Origin: Candidatus Omnitrophota bacterium
GTDB lineage: Bacteria > Omnitrophota > Gorgyraeia > Zapsychrales > Fredricksoniimonadaceae
Direction of reading: 5' to 3'
Assembly (NCBI GenBank): GCA_044225175.1
Contig: JBGAJA010000001.1
Span: 550,711 to 614,710 of the forward strand
Length of the DNA: 64,000 nucleotides
Shown piece by piece: positions 41,751-52,295 of this stretch. The position numbers were made by a program, and so were the translations under genes. The notes beneath the pieces are model-generated. The model was not told the origin of the DNA. It saw nothing but the letters and a program-made list of their open reading frames with translations, and made no database searches. Each line of letters starts with the position of its first letter. Position 1 is the first letter of the stretch.

Positions 41751-42776
41751 TTAGATTCTGGATGAATTATTCAAATTAATTCTTAGATGAGGAATTGCAT
41801 GAGGGTATTCTTTTTGGATAAAAACTAACAATTTTTCTCTCACTTCACAACGTAAATCCCATAACATGCCTGAATCTGGAGCGTCCATTAAGGCTCTTAA
41901 TTCAACAGTTTTTTCTTTCATGTCAGTTACTTGAAGAGAATTCACTTTCTTTTGCCAACGAGTACTTCCTTGAAGTATTCGATTTAATTCTTCTCTTAAT
42001 TTATCTACAGGAACAGAATAATCAACATATAAAAAAACTGTTCCCAACATACTTGAAGAAGTACGAGTCCAATTTTGGAACGGTTTTTCAATAAAATATG
42101 ATATAGGAAGAACAATTCTTCTTAAATCCCAAACACGAACAACCACATAAGTTAATGTGATTTCTTCAATTAATCCAAACTCCCCTTCAACAATAACAGC
42201 ATCTTCAATTCTGATTGGCTGAGCTAAAGCAATTTGAATTCCTGCAATGACATTTCCTAATGTTTTTTGAGCGGCAAATCCTACCACGATTCCCATAATG
42301 CCCGCTGAGGCAAAAATACTCATGCCAATTTCTTTGATTTGAGAAAATGTCATAATCATTAGAGCCAGCGTTAATATCCAAATTATGAGATCTAAAATAT
42401 GTTCAACAATTTGTACCTGTGTATAAATTCCCCTGGAACTTGTAATTTCATATTTATGAAGAATTGTGTCACGGGCTACTCGAATAATTCTTGTTAAAAG
42501 CCATCCTATTGATGCCATTACACATAATTGAACTATATGGGCTAATACTGAGTGTGTTTTATTAGATAAATGTAAGAGAGGTAATGTTGCAGCAACGCTT
42601 AGCGCGGGAATTAGTAATCTTAAAGGATCTATAAGGGGATCTAATTTAAAATTTAAAGTGTTAAAGTGAAGATTTTTATATTTTTTTTGTAAAAAGAATT
42701 CTATTGCCCATTGCAATAAAAATCCAATTATTAATGCACCTATGATTAATTGAAAAGAAAATTGTTCAATATTCAT
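41751..42776 (-). CDS. Small-conductance mechanosensitive channel (MscS family)
   Basis: 341 aa with TM helices and the MscS pore/beta domain (GIVVGFAAQKTLGNVIAGIQIALAQPIRIED...). Confidence 0.8.
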   Translation of the reverse strand: MNIEQFSFQLIIGALIIGFLLQWAIEFFLQKKYKNLHFNTLNFKLDPLIDPLRLLIPALSVAATLPLLHLSNKTHSVLAHIVQLCVMASIGWLLTRIIRVARDTILHKYEITSSRGIYTQVQIVEHILDLIIWILTLALMIMTFSQIKEIGMSIFASAGIMGIVVGFAAQKTLGNVIAGIQIALAQPIRIEDAVIVEGEFGLIEEITLTYVVVRVWDLRRIVLPISYFIEKPFQNWTRTSSSMLGTVFLYVDYSVPVDKLREELNRILQGSTRWQKKVNSLQVTDMKEKTVELRALMDAPDSGMLWDLRCEVREKLLVFIQKEYPHAIPHLRINLNNSSRI

Positions 42777-42836
42777 ATAACTACAGTAACAGATATAAAA
42801 TTAAAGAAAGATGAAAATAAAATGAATAAAGAATCT

Positions 42837-43289
42837 TTATCTCTTCTTGAAAGATTCGATGGCGGGAAATTGATATTTTTGCAGAAGAATATCGCCGGAA
42901 GGGCCAGAAATAAAAAGATTGCCCTCAAAGATTTCTTTTAGTCCCCTTACTAAATTATTGCATATATGGGCTTTATTAACATAGCCTTGTGCCCCAGCAT
43001 TTAAACACGGTAAAGCATAATCTAATTCGCTATGCGCCGACAACATGATACAAGGTAATGGGATATCATTTTCTTTTAAAAATTTTAAAAGATCCATCCC
43101 TCCGTTTTTTCCACCAATACGAATATCAATAACGGCTGCGTCGAATTCATGATACTTTGCTAACTCCATAAATTCTTCTTTTTTATGTGTTACAGAAACT
43201 TCGATGCCAGAGTCTTCCTCAAGAACTTCTTTGAGTAAGGATAGAACTAAATGTTCATCATCAACAATAATAATACGTTTTTTATTCAT
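42837..43289 (-). CDS. Stand-alone receiver-domain protein (orphan response regulator)
   Basis: 150 aa, with IIIVDDEHLVLSLL...AVIDIRIGGKNG. It is 37 nt downstream of treY. Confidence 0.7.
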   Translation of the reverse strand: MNKKRIIIVDDEHLVLSLLKEVLEEDSGIEVSVTHKKEEFMELAKYHEFDAAVIDIRIGGKNGGMDLLKFLKENDIPLPCIMLSAHSELDYALPCLNAGAQGYVNKAHICNNLVRGLKEIFEGNLFISGPSGDILLQKYQFPAIESFKKR

Positions 43290-43326
43290 ATTTTTCTTTT
43301 GAGTTAATTAATTTATTTACTTTATT

Positions 43327-46095
43327 TTAATTCTTCATAAAGACAATAGGTAAATCATCGGCTAGTTGACTAATAGGGATGTTTTGTTCAAAGTCTAGTA
43401 TTTGCTCCGTTAGAACATTTTGCCATCTTAATGGAGCATTATCAGGAAGTACAAGATAAGTATCTTCCCAAGAAGGATTATTACCTAGTTGGCTGATAAA
43501 TCTAGTGATAATACTAATGGTCCATTGATCATTAAATTGTCTAGCAAATGCTAACACATGATTATTGAATTTACCTTTAATCTCTATAGGGATATAGGTG
43601 CCTTGAGAGAATAATTCCGGGCATGTTTTTTTAAATTTTAGAATTTTACTGATCAGGTGGAATTTAATTTTAGGATCGTTTTGATCTTTGAAAATATTAT
43701 GGCTTACTTTTTTTGGAGTATTAAGAGATTCTTTAAGTAATTCAACTCTTTGAGCGTAATTCACTGACCGACGATTATCAGGATCGACAAAACTAAAGTC
43801 CCAAAGTTCTGTTCCTTGATAAAAATCTGGGATACCAGGACATGTCAATTTTAAAAGTGTTTGTGAAAGTGAATTATTAACTCCCAAGTAAGATATTTTC
43901 ATATGCAGTGTTAGAAAGGAAGTTAAGAACTCGTTATTTTGATTGTTATTAAGTAATTGATCGATGAATCTTAAACAGGCATCCTCATACTCTACTTTAG
44001 GTTTAATCCATGAGCTTTGAATTTCTGCTTCACGAATGGCTTTAATAATATAATCTTTTAAACGCTGAGGATAAATTTCCATGCTGGGCGTATCAATCGG
44101 GTATGTTCCGATCAGGGTTTGATAAATAAAATATTCATCATTGTTTTCTGGACATAAAATTCCAGAAATATTTATTTTCTTGTCTTTATTGATTTTGCTC
44201 CAATGAAGGAGGTGATCTTCCCATTCATTTGGCATTTCTGATAGAACATTAATTCTTGCTCTAACATCCTCACCTCTTTTTGTGTCGTGGGTTGAAGTGG
44301 CATTTAAAGTATGAGGCCATAATTTCTGTCGATTAACCATAAAATCATGAAAAGTTTCAAGCTTTAAACCAAACAAGGAAGGATCTCCCCCAACTTCATT
44401 AAGAGAAATCAATCGATTGTATATATAAAATGCTGTATCTTCTGATCCCTTGGCCATGAGAGCGCCTGAGAATTGTTGGAATCGTTTAGCAAAGTGGTAA
44501 TATTCATGCTTATCTATTGAAGATGTATCTGCAAGAAACTCGAGGAGTAATACTTTTTCAATAAAGTAGAATTCATGTACTAAACCAGGATTTTTATTGC
44601 GTGCAAGAGTCATGGCTTCTTTAATATGAATCTTATCTTCATTGCTATTTTCTTCTTCAGACATGTATGCTCTATAAACAGGAAATTCTGCCATAATTTC
44701 AACAATGGCTTTACGTAATGCATATAATGTAAAGTCTCTGCCGTAGCGATTACGGTTTAATATTTGCTTAAGTAATTGTGCTAAATTATCAATATCCCCT
44801 GCCATGTGTTTACCCATATAAAGTTTCTTTTTTTCACTAACTAAGTTCCGATAAGAAGTATTAATACCTGTAAAAGAGCTATAAATTCGATCAAAATTCT
44901 TTTCATTGCTTGAATCTACAAACAAATCATTAACAATATTCATAAAATCGTAACCTGTCGTTCCTTGAACAGGAAGGAACGTGGGTAATTGTTCATAACG
45001 ATCCAAAATTTTCTCGATAACAATATAAGTGTTAGGAGCCCTTTGTCTTATTTGATTCAAATACGTTAATGGATTATACAAACCATCTACATGGTCGATT
45101 CTTAATCCGGTTATTTTATTTTCATTAATTAGGCGAAAGACAAGATTATGGACTTGTTCAAAAACTTCTTGTTTTTCAACTGATAATCCAATTAGACCAT
45201 TAATTGTAAAAAATCTTCTGTAATTTAGTTCTTCATTACCAACTTTCCAAAATGAAAGTCTAAAGAATTGGTCTGATAGTAGATCATCTAAATCTTTTAA
45301 GGAATAGGGATTGCCTAGTACTCCATTCCAAGAGTTAAGCGAGTTATCTATATATTCTTTAATAATTGAGTTTGAATTGTAAAGTTTCCACAGTTGCGCC
45401 TTCATCAAAGCTACTTGGTTATAAAAACCTTCAATATTATCTAAATTGGCGATGTTTTTTAAGCCTTGAGGAATTTCTAGGAAATGAATATAGTCTGGAT
45501 CATTTCTGGCTATTTTTTCTTCCAACTTGGATATGTTGCTAGTCATAACTTTTTCGTAGGAAGAAATTTTTAAGGGAAACATAAAGTCATAAAAATTCAC
45601 ACTTAATCCATTTTCACTAATAGATAGCTTAATGAGATTCTGATCTAAACAAGATCCATAAATATCACCTAGGAAAGGAGCTAAAACTTTTCCTTTTAAA
45701 TGGTCATATGGATGATTCCAATCAATATCAAAGAATTGGTAATATCGAGATAAAGGACCTTTCTCAAGCACATCCATAAGCCAACGATTTTGGGAGTGAA
45801 ATGCCATGTGATTAGGAACAATATCTTGTATCCATCCGAGTCCTTTATTGTTTAGCTCATCTAATAATTGATTAAATAGACTCTCTTCACCTAGCTGTGG
45901 ATTAAGTTGATTGAAATCTACAACATCATATCCATGTTGACTATCTTTAACGCATTTGAAGATGGGAGAAGCATAGATATCCGAAATTCCTAGCGTAGCT
46001 AAATACTCTATAATTCTCGTAGCATCAGAGAAAGTAAATCGAGATGAAAATTGTAACCGATAGGTTGCCTGAGGAATCCTCATTGTTCTCCCCAA
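43327..46095 (-). CDS. treY: Malto-oligosyltrehalose synthase
   Basis: 922 aa GH13. The N-terminus ATYRLQFSSRFTFSDATRIIEYLATLGISDIYASPIFK...HGYDVVDFNQLNPQLG is the TreY signature. Confidence 0.8.
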   Translation of the reverse strand: MGRTMRIPQATYRLQFSSRFTFSDATRIIEYLATLGISDIYASPIFKCVKDSQHGYDVVDFNQLNPQLGEESLFNQLLDELNNKGLGWIQDIVPNHMAFHSQNRWLMDVLEKGPLSRYYQFFDIDWNHPYDHLKGKVLAPFLGDIYGSCLDQNLIKLSISENGLSVNFYDFMFPLKISSYEKVMTSNISKLEEKIARNDPDYIHFLEIPQGLKNIANLDNIEGFYNQVALMKAQLWKLYNSNSIIKEYIDNSLNSWNGVLGNPYSLKDLDDLLSDQFFRLSFWKVGNEELNYRRFFTINGLIGLSVEKQEVFEQVHNLVFRLINENKITGLRIDHVDGLYNPLTYLNQIRQRAPNTYIVIEKILDRYEQLPTFLPVQGTTGYDFMNIVNDLFVDSSNEKNFDRIYSSFTGINTSYRNLVSEKKKLYMGKHMAGDIDNLAQLLKQILNRNRYGRDFTLYALRKAIVEIMAEFPVYRAYMSEEENSNEDKIHIKEAMTLARNKNPGLVHEFYFIEKVLLLEFLADTSSIDKHEYYHFAKRFQQFSGALMAKGSEDTAFYIYNRLISLNEVGGDPSLFGLKLETFHDFMVNRQKLWPHTLNATSTHDTKRGEDVRARINVLSEMPNEWEDHLLHWSKINKDKKINISGILCPENNDEYFIYQTLIGTYPIDTPSMEIYPQRLKDYIIKAIREAEIQSSWIKPKVEYEDACLRFIDQLLNNNQNNEFLTSFLTLHMKISYLGVNNSLSQTLLKLTCPGIPDFYQGTELWDFSFVDPDNRRSVNYAQRVELLKESLNTPKKVSHNIFKDQNDPKIKFHLISKILKFKKTCPELFSQGTYIPIEIKGKFNNHVLAFARQFNDQWTISIITRFISQLGNNPSWEDTYLVLPDNAPLRWQNVLTEQILDFEQNIPISQLADDLPIVFMKN

Positions 46096-48221
46096 AATAC
46101 AGAAACACTGCGGGCGCTACAATAGTGTTTTTTCTGCTGTCGTAAAAGTTTTTCTTTCTTATGCATAAGAAAATCATCCCCACTTTTACGAGATGTATCA
46201 ATTATTCTAGCCCACCTAAAACCTTCATGTCGCGGCAAATCAATAGTAGTTCCACGGTAATTCATGTTAAAGACTAGAAAAAGGAATGTATGTTTATTTT
46301 TAGAGACAAATTCCTTATTGGGCAATTGATAACACAGAGTTCTTACTTTATGACTTGACCAATTAGGCTCTTGAAGATGTCGATTAAACCATGCGATATC
46401 TGGATAATCATCACCTTCCTTTTTCTGTCCTGTAAAAAATTCACTCCTACTTAAGACCCCATAGTTTTTACGAAAATTAATTGCTTTAGAACAGAAATCA
46501 AAGATTTCTTCGTTATTCTTGATATCTTTCCAATTTAACCATGTAAGTTCGTTGTCCTGACAATATGCATTATTGTTTCCTTTTTGGGTCCGCATGACTT
46601 CATCTCCATAGAGAATCATTGGGGTTCCTGAAGAAAATAAAAGACAGCAGAAGGCATTTTTCATCATTTGCTTTCGCAAATTAATAATGTTTTGATCATT
46701 TGTCTCTCCCTCAGCTCCACAATTCCAAGAATAATTATCGTTTACTCCATCACGATTCTCTTCATGGTTGCTTTCATTATGTTTACCGTTATATGAAAAT
46801 AGATCATGCAATGTAAAACCATCATGACAAGTAATAAAGTTTATAGTGTGATATGGTTTTTTTTCTTTGGATTGATAAATATCAGAGGAACCTGTTAACC
46901 GACGGGCCATTTCACCTGCTTGTCCCTCATCACCTTTAATAAATTTTCTTGCTGTATCTCTGAATTTATCATTCCATTCATACCATCCTTGAGGAAAGTT
47001 CCCAACTTGATATGTTGTTAAATCCCAAGGTTCAGCAATCATTTTGACTTTATTTAAAATAGGATCTTTTGCAATAGCCTCAAAAAAAGGTGATACCTGA
47101 GAATATCCCCCATTTACACGAGCTAAAAGACTGGCTAAATCAAATCGAAAACCATCGACATGCATCTTTTCCACCCAATATCGTAATGAATCAAGCATAA
47201 GATTCATTACAACGGGATTTTCAACATTAAAGATATTTCCACAGCCAGCATAGTTCGCGTAAAAGCGATAGGGTTGATCCTGATTTTCGGAATTTGGAGT
47301 TAAAATATAGTAAGTTCGATTATCAATTCCTTTGAAACTTAATGTCGGTCCAAGTTCATTTCCTTCTCCAGTATGGTTGTAAACAACATCTAAAATGACT
47401 TCAATGCCAGCTTTATGAAGTTCTTTAACCATAGTTTTAAATTCATTGACCTGACAACCTGGATAGCTTTTTGTACTAAAAGAAGACTCGGGAGCAAAGA
47501 AAGAGATAGAATTATACCCCCAAAAATCAGTTAAACCTTTTTCAATCAATTCATTACGAATGAAAAATTCTTGTGTAGGCATCAATTCCACTGTATTAAT
47601 CCCTAATTTTTTTAAATAAGGAATCTTCTCAATGAATCCTAAATATGTTCCGGGATTCTTTACATCTGAAGATGTATGAGCTGTGAATCCTTTGATATGA
47701 GTTTCATAAATAATCATTTGATTTGACGCAATTCCTGGAGAACTATCTCCCTGCCAATCGAATGAATCATCAATGACTATAGATTTTGGAGTTATCTGGC
47801 TATTTTCTCTATCATCAAAGGTCAGATCTTTATCAGGGGAATTAACTTGATAAGAAAATATTAAATTATCTTTATTTATAAATTTATCTGTTATTGCTTT
47901 AGCATATGGATCACTTAAGAGCTTGAATTTGTTAAATCTTAATCCTTTAGCGGGATTAAATTCGCCATCTACTTTGTATCCATAAAGCTGACCAGCTTTG
48001 ATACCCTCGACAAATATATGCCAAGTATTTTCTGTACGATTGAGCTTAATAATATCTGTAGGTTCTGAGTGATTAGAATTAAATAGTAGAAGAAATACTT
48101 CATTGGAATATTGAGAAAATATGGCAAAATTGACACCATTTTCTTTTAATGTTGCTCCTAAAGGAGTTGTCTCTCCTGGTGAAGTATTTTTATTTGCTTT
48201 CTGTTCTAACACAGCTGACAT
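46080..48221 (-). CDS. treX: Glycogen debranching enzyme GlgX/TreX (isoamylase, GH13 with CBM48)
   Basis: 713 aa with GH13 catalytic regions (GFRFDLASLLAR, EPWD) and an N-terminal CBM48. Confidence 0.8.
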   Translation of the reverse strand: MSAVLEQKANKNTSPGETTPLGATLKENGVNFAIFSQYSNEVFLLLFNSNHSEPTDIIKLNRTENTWHIFVEGIKAGQLYGYKVDGEFNPAKGLRFNKFKLLSDPYAKAITDKFINKDNLIFSYQVNSPDKDLTFDDRENSQITPKSIVIDDSFDWQGDSSPGIASNQMIIYETHIKGFTAHTSSDVKNPGTYLGFIEKIPYLKKLGINTVELMPTQEFFIRNELIEKGLTDFWGYNSISFFAPESSFSTKSYPGCQVNEFKTMVKELHKAGIEVILDVVYNHTGEGNELGPTLSFKGIDNRTYYILTPNSENQDQPYRFYANYAGCGNIFNVENPVVMNLMLDSLRYWVEKMHVDGFRFDLASLLARVNGGYSQVSPFFEAIAKDPILNKVKMIAEPWDLTTYQVGNFPQGWYEWNDKFRDTARKFIKGDEGQAGEMARRLTGSSDIYQSKEKKPYHTINFITCHDGFTLHDLFSYNGKHNESNHEENRDGVNDNYSWNCGAEGETNDQNIINLRKQMMKNAFCCLLFSSGTPMILYGDEVMRTQKGNNNAYCQDNELTWLNWKDIKNNEEIFDFCSKAINFRKNYGVLSRSEFFTGQKKEGDDYPDIAWFNRHLQEPNWSSHKVRTLCYQLPNKEFVSKNKHTFLFLVFNMNYRGTTIDLPRHEGFRWARIIDTSRKSGDDFLMHKKEKLLRQQKKHYCSARSVSVFWGEQ

Positions 48222-50304
48222 TAGTTGTGCCCTCTTTTAAATTGGTTAAATGTATAAAACAACGAAGCACTTCTGCAACACTCCAAGCTTGGGCAATACA
48301 TCCTCTTGCATTAAATGGCGGCTCAGCATCAAAGATTTCGCTGATAGTTCCAACTCCTGCTTCTTTTAGATGATCTTTGATAGCTTTAAAGAATTCTTGG
48401 GCTTTTTGAGGATCTTCATAGACTTTAATCCAAGCATCTATAAAGGGGCCTATAAGCCATGTCCATACCAGTCCTTGATGATAGGCAGCATCGCGTTCCC
48501 AACGATTACCTGAATAGTTAGGATGATAATCCTTATCTTTTGGATCCAATGTTCTTAGTCCATATGGGGTAAGTAATTTTTGTTCCACAGTATCTACAAC
48601 TGATTTCCATAAACGTTTTTCTAAAATTGGAAAACGTAGTGAAAGAGCTAAGATTTGATTAGGACGCAAAGACTCATCTTGTCCTTTATTGGAGTCAATA
48701 ACATCGTATAAATATCCACCCTTTTCAAACCAAAAACGGCTATTGAATGACTCAGAGACCTTTTGAGCAAGTTGAGTATATTTACCAACTGGTTTATTAA
48801 GTAGCTCCCCCCATGTCTCCATTAATTTGATGGCATTAAACCACAAAGCTTGAATTTCTACTGGTTTCCCACGTCTAGGTGTCACAACCCATTCATCAAC
48901 TTTTGCATCCATCCAGGTTAACTGATATCCTTCTGAGGCAGCTTCAATAAGGCAGTCTTGAGGATTCATATGAATGCCATAATGGGTTCCTTTAACATGG
49001 TGTTCGATTATGGATTCAAGGATGGGATAAATGGTGATTAAAAAATCCTTATCTCTGGTCCATTGAAAATATCTATCAATGGCATGAAAATACCAGAATG
49101 TCGCATCAACAGTGTTATAAATGGCATTCTTTTCGCCTTCAAAGAAATGATTAGGTAAAAGCCCATCTTTAACATAATGAGAAAATGTTTGCAGGATAGC
49201 CTTTGCTTCATTATGACGGCCAGTACATAATGTTAATCCTTCTAAGCTAATCATGGTATCTCTGCCCCAATCGGTAAACCAATGATAGCCAGCAATAACT
49301 GTCCTTTTTTGTTCCTCCGAAGATAATATTGAATTTTTTTCGTGACGTGTACGTGGAAGAATAATGAATTGATCAGCAGCTAATACTAATTGGCTGATCA
49401 CGCTATTCTTATGGCCCTCATCACACTGGGCTAGCAATCTCTGACGACGATCCAATTCTTCGTGAATTACATGCTGAGGGTCTCTTTCGATAGACTCCCA
49501 GCTCTCAGTGCTTACAATTAAAAAGACTTCTTCTTTATCCTTAAGATCAAAAGTTATGAATCCGGGGCTACCTAGATTTTCAATGTAATCCAATCCTCTT
49601 TGGGCCTCTGTTCTATAAAAAATATTCTTAATCCAATGTTTTTCTGCAACATATTGCCCGCGAAATGGTTTTAAAGTCATTTTGATAACGGGAGCTCCTT
49701 CAAAAGGTAAAATATTATAACGCTCCCCTTCTAAAGTTACTTTAAATGGCCATTCTTGTGGGTACCCCAGTTGTCCGTCATGCCTGCGACAAGAACAGAA
49801 TGGTCTTAGTTTTAATGTAAGGTTATTGCCTTCTAGTAAACGATAGGAAACATAGATACTGTTAAATCCATAAGGCATGAATATTTTCTTTTCTATAAGT
49901 GCCCCATTAATATCAAATACCCAAGTAGGAGTTTGATAATCTAATCGGAATTCTTTTAAGTGTAGAACTTCAGGAGCCTCCATAGAACCATTGCTTAATT
50001 CAACACCATTTAAGCGAATAGTTTGATTCTCAAGAATCACGTGCTCCTCTAAGAGTGGAAGTAAAACAGTGCGACCCCTTGGAGAAGATAAATTAGGAAT
50101 AAAAAGTCCATGGTGTCTTCGGGTATTGATTCCAATAACAGTGCCTGAAGCATAACCACCTAATCCATTTGTCACGAGCCATTCTTTAGAAATTAAATCC
50201 TCTACAGTTTGATCTTTAGGTATTGAAATATTCAAAATAGGATCATTCATAGACCTTCTTTCTGTTATGTAAAAACTTGGGCGCTTCTTCCAGGTAAATA
50301 CCAC
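48190..50304 (-). CDS. Archaeal-type glycogen debranching enzyme (GDE_N plus amylo-alpha-1,6-glucosidase GDE_C)
   Basis: The N-terminus is EWLVTNGLGGYASGTVIGINTRRHHGLF. The C-terminal part is an (alpha/alpha)6 GDE domain. The true start is probably the internal MNDPILN (~50250). Confidence 0.7.
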   Translation of the reverse strand: MVFTWKKRPSFYITERRSMNDPILNISIPKDQTVEDLISKEWLVTNGLGGYASGTVIGINTRRHHGLFIPNLSSPRGRTVLLPLLEEHVILENQTIRLNGVELSNGSMEAPEVLHLKEFRLDYQTPTWVFDINGALIEKKIFMPYGFNSIYVSYRLLEGNNLTLKLRPFCSCRRHDGQLGYPQEWPFKVTLEGERYNILPFEGAPVIKMTLKPFRGQYVAEKHWIKNIFYRTEAQRGLDYIENLGSPGFITFDLKDKEEVFLIVSTESWESIERDPQHVIHEELDRRQRLLAQCDEGHKNSVISQLVLAADQFIILPRTRHEKNSILSSEEQKRTVIAGYHWFTDWGRDTMISLEGLTLCTGRHNEAKAILQTFSHYVKDGLLPNHFFEGEKNAIYNTVDATFWYFHAIDRYFQWTRDKDFLITIYPILESIIEHHVKGTHYGIHMNPQDCLIEAASEGYQLTWMDAKVDEWVVTPRRGKPVEIQALWFNAIKLMETWGELLNKPVGKYTQLAQKVSESFNSRFWFEKGGYLYDVIDSNKGQDESLRPNQILALSLRFPILEKRLWKSVVDTVEQKLLTPYGLRTLDPKDKDYHPNYSGNRWERDAAYHQGLVWTWLIGPFIDAWIKVYEDPQKAQEFFKAIKDHLKEAGVGTISEIFDAEPPFNARGCIAQAWSVAEVLRCFIHLTNLKEGTTNVSCVRTESK

Positions 50305-52151
50305 TGTTTTCTAGAAGATGCTTTGACAATTCCTAGCCCGCCGTAGGCAGTATGTTCACTAGACCATAAAAATTGCCATGATTTACCTGTACGTGCGGCA
50401 AGGAGCGGTTCGGGACACGGAAATAAATTTAAGTCGTCACCCAGGTTAATTAAGAGCAGCCGATCCGATGTTTGGCCAAAATAGCGAATAACAAATGCTT
50501 TATGGTCTAAGACCGCTCCATCTAAAGATATTCTTTCTTCACCATTAAAAACATTGTCATATTTTCGAAGTCTGAGTAAATCTAGATGAAGCTGGTATAT
50601 AAATTTATGTTTTTCTTTTTTCGCATCATCGAGGTTTAATTTACAGTCTTTAAATGTTTTTGGATCAGAAGGATCACGGGTTTGATCAATTGCTGAAGCA
50701 ATGCTTGCAAATTGATTTAGAAATTCTCGTCTGCCGATAAAAATTTTTTCAGATAGCTCTTGGTTATGATCTACAAAGAAAAGAAATGGATTATCTGCAG
50801 CATATTCTTGGCCCATGAAAATCATTGGGGTTTGTGGTGCTAACAATAATAGAGCAGTCATTGTTCTATAAGAAGCAGGGTCTGTTTGTTGATGAATTCG
50901 TCGTCCAGTTAAACTATTTGCGATTTGATCATGGTTTTGGATGTAGTTAATAAATGATTCTGGATCAATCCCTTCATGAACTAAAGTTCCTCTATTTTGT
51001 TTTTGCCAGGAATAATACTGACCCTGATAAAGATATCCTCTTTTTAAACATGAAATGAATTCTTGAGCGCGTCCTAAGTAATCCAAGTAATAAGCTTCTC
51101 GATGCCCTGTAAGAGCTACTTTAGCACTATGATGAAAATCATCGTTCCATAGAGCATCAATTCCATAACCGCCTTTTTCTAAAGGATTGATAAGACGAAC
51201 TTCTTGAGATTCATTCTCAGCAATTAAAATAATCTTTTTAGGTTTAGCTGTTTGCCTTAATATTGCTGTTATTTCAGCTAAAATATGTTTAGAGTTTTTA
51301 TCGTAAATATTTTGGGTTGCGTCAAGGCGTAAACCATCTAAATGGAACTCATTAATCCAATAAAGCGCATTTTGAATAAAAAATTCCCTAACTTCTTGAG
51401 AATTCTTTCCATCAAAATTGATTGCTTTTCCCCAATCAGTCTTATATTTACTTGTAAAATAGTCTTTACTAAAACTTTCTAAATAATTTCCATCTGGTCC
51501 AAAATGATTATAAACAACATCTAAAATGATACCCATTCCAATTTGATGGGCTGAATCAATTAGTTTTTTAAACTGATCTACTGTTCCATACACATGGTAA
51601 GGAGCAAAAAGATTGACTCCATCATATCCCCAATTCCAATGACCTGGGCATTCTACTACTGGCATTATTTCAATTAAGGTGATTCCTAAATTCTTAAGTT
51701 CGTGAAGTTTTTTTGTTAGTGCATCAAAAGTCCCTTCTTGCGTAAAGCTTCCAACATGAAGTTCATATATGACTTGATTTTTTAGTGTAATACCTTCTTT
51801 TTGCCATCTTTCGTCATGCCATTTATAGTTACTATGATTAATAACCATAGAAGGACCATGAGGTCCTTGGGGTTGATAGTGAGAACAAGGATCAGGATAG
51901 GATGTAGCTTTATTTAACTTGAGTTTATAAAGATCCCCATGTTTTAATTTAGGAATGAATGCTCCAAAGTATCCTTTAGACATACTGTCTAAATTAAAAG
52001 ATTTCTTTTTTTCGTCTAAGATTACTTCCACCTGATGAGCTTGTGGAGCCCATACTTTTATATAAGAACCATGATTGGTTGGCCAAACGCCTAGTCTCTG
52101 GTCTTCTGTATTTTTTGAAACATTCATCAATTCCCCCCTAATTTGTGACAT
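50265..52151 (-). CDS. treZ: Malto-oligosyltrehalose trehalohydrolase
   Basis: 628 aa. An N-terminal CBM48 (KVWAPQAHQVEVIL) is followed by a GH13 domain (GIILDVVYNH, GLRLDA, ENES). Confidence 0.75.
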   Translation of the reverse strand: MSQIRGELMNVSKNTEDQRLGVWPTNHGSYIKVWAPQAHQVEVILDEKKKSFNLDSMSKGYFGAFIPKLKHGDLYKLKLNKATSYPDPCSHYQPQGPHGPSMVINHSNYKWHDERWQKEGITLKNQVIYELHVGSFTQEGTFDALTKKLHELKNLGITLIEIMPVVECPGHWNWGYDGVNLFAPYHVYGTVDQFKKLIDSAHQIGMGIILDVVYNHFGPDGNYLESFSKDYFTSKYKTDWGKAINFDGKNSQEVREFFIQNALYWINEFHLDGLRLDATQNIYDKNSKHILAEITAILRQTAKPKKIILIAENESQEVRLINPLEKGGYGIDALWNDDFHHSAKVALTGHREAYYLDYLGRAQEFISCLKRGYLYQGQYYSWQKQNRGTLVHEGIDPESFINYIQNHDQIANSLTGRRIHQQTDPASYRTMTALLLLAPQTPMIFMGQEYAADNPFLFFVDHNQELSEKIFIGRREFLNQFASIASAIDQTRDPSDPKTFKDCKLNLDDAKKEKHKFIYQLHLDLLRLRKYDNVFNGEERISLDGAVLDHKAFVIRYFGQTSDRLLLINLGDDLNLFPCPEPLLAARTGKSWQFLWSSEHTAYGGLGIVKASSRKQWYLPGRSAQVFT

Positions 52152-52295
52152 GTAAACGTGTTAATTTTAACAAAGCGAAGATTAAAATAAGATTAAGCCA
52201 TAAAATATTTTTGATTAATCTTATATTCATCTTGTATTAATCCGCATTGAATTAAACTACAAAAAAATGATTAAACTAATTTTCGGGGGTCTTTT

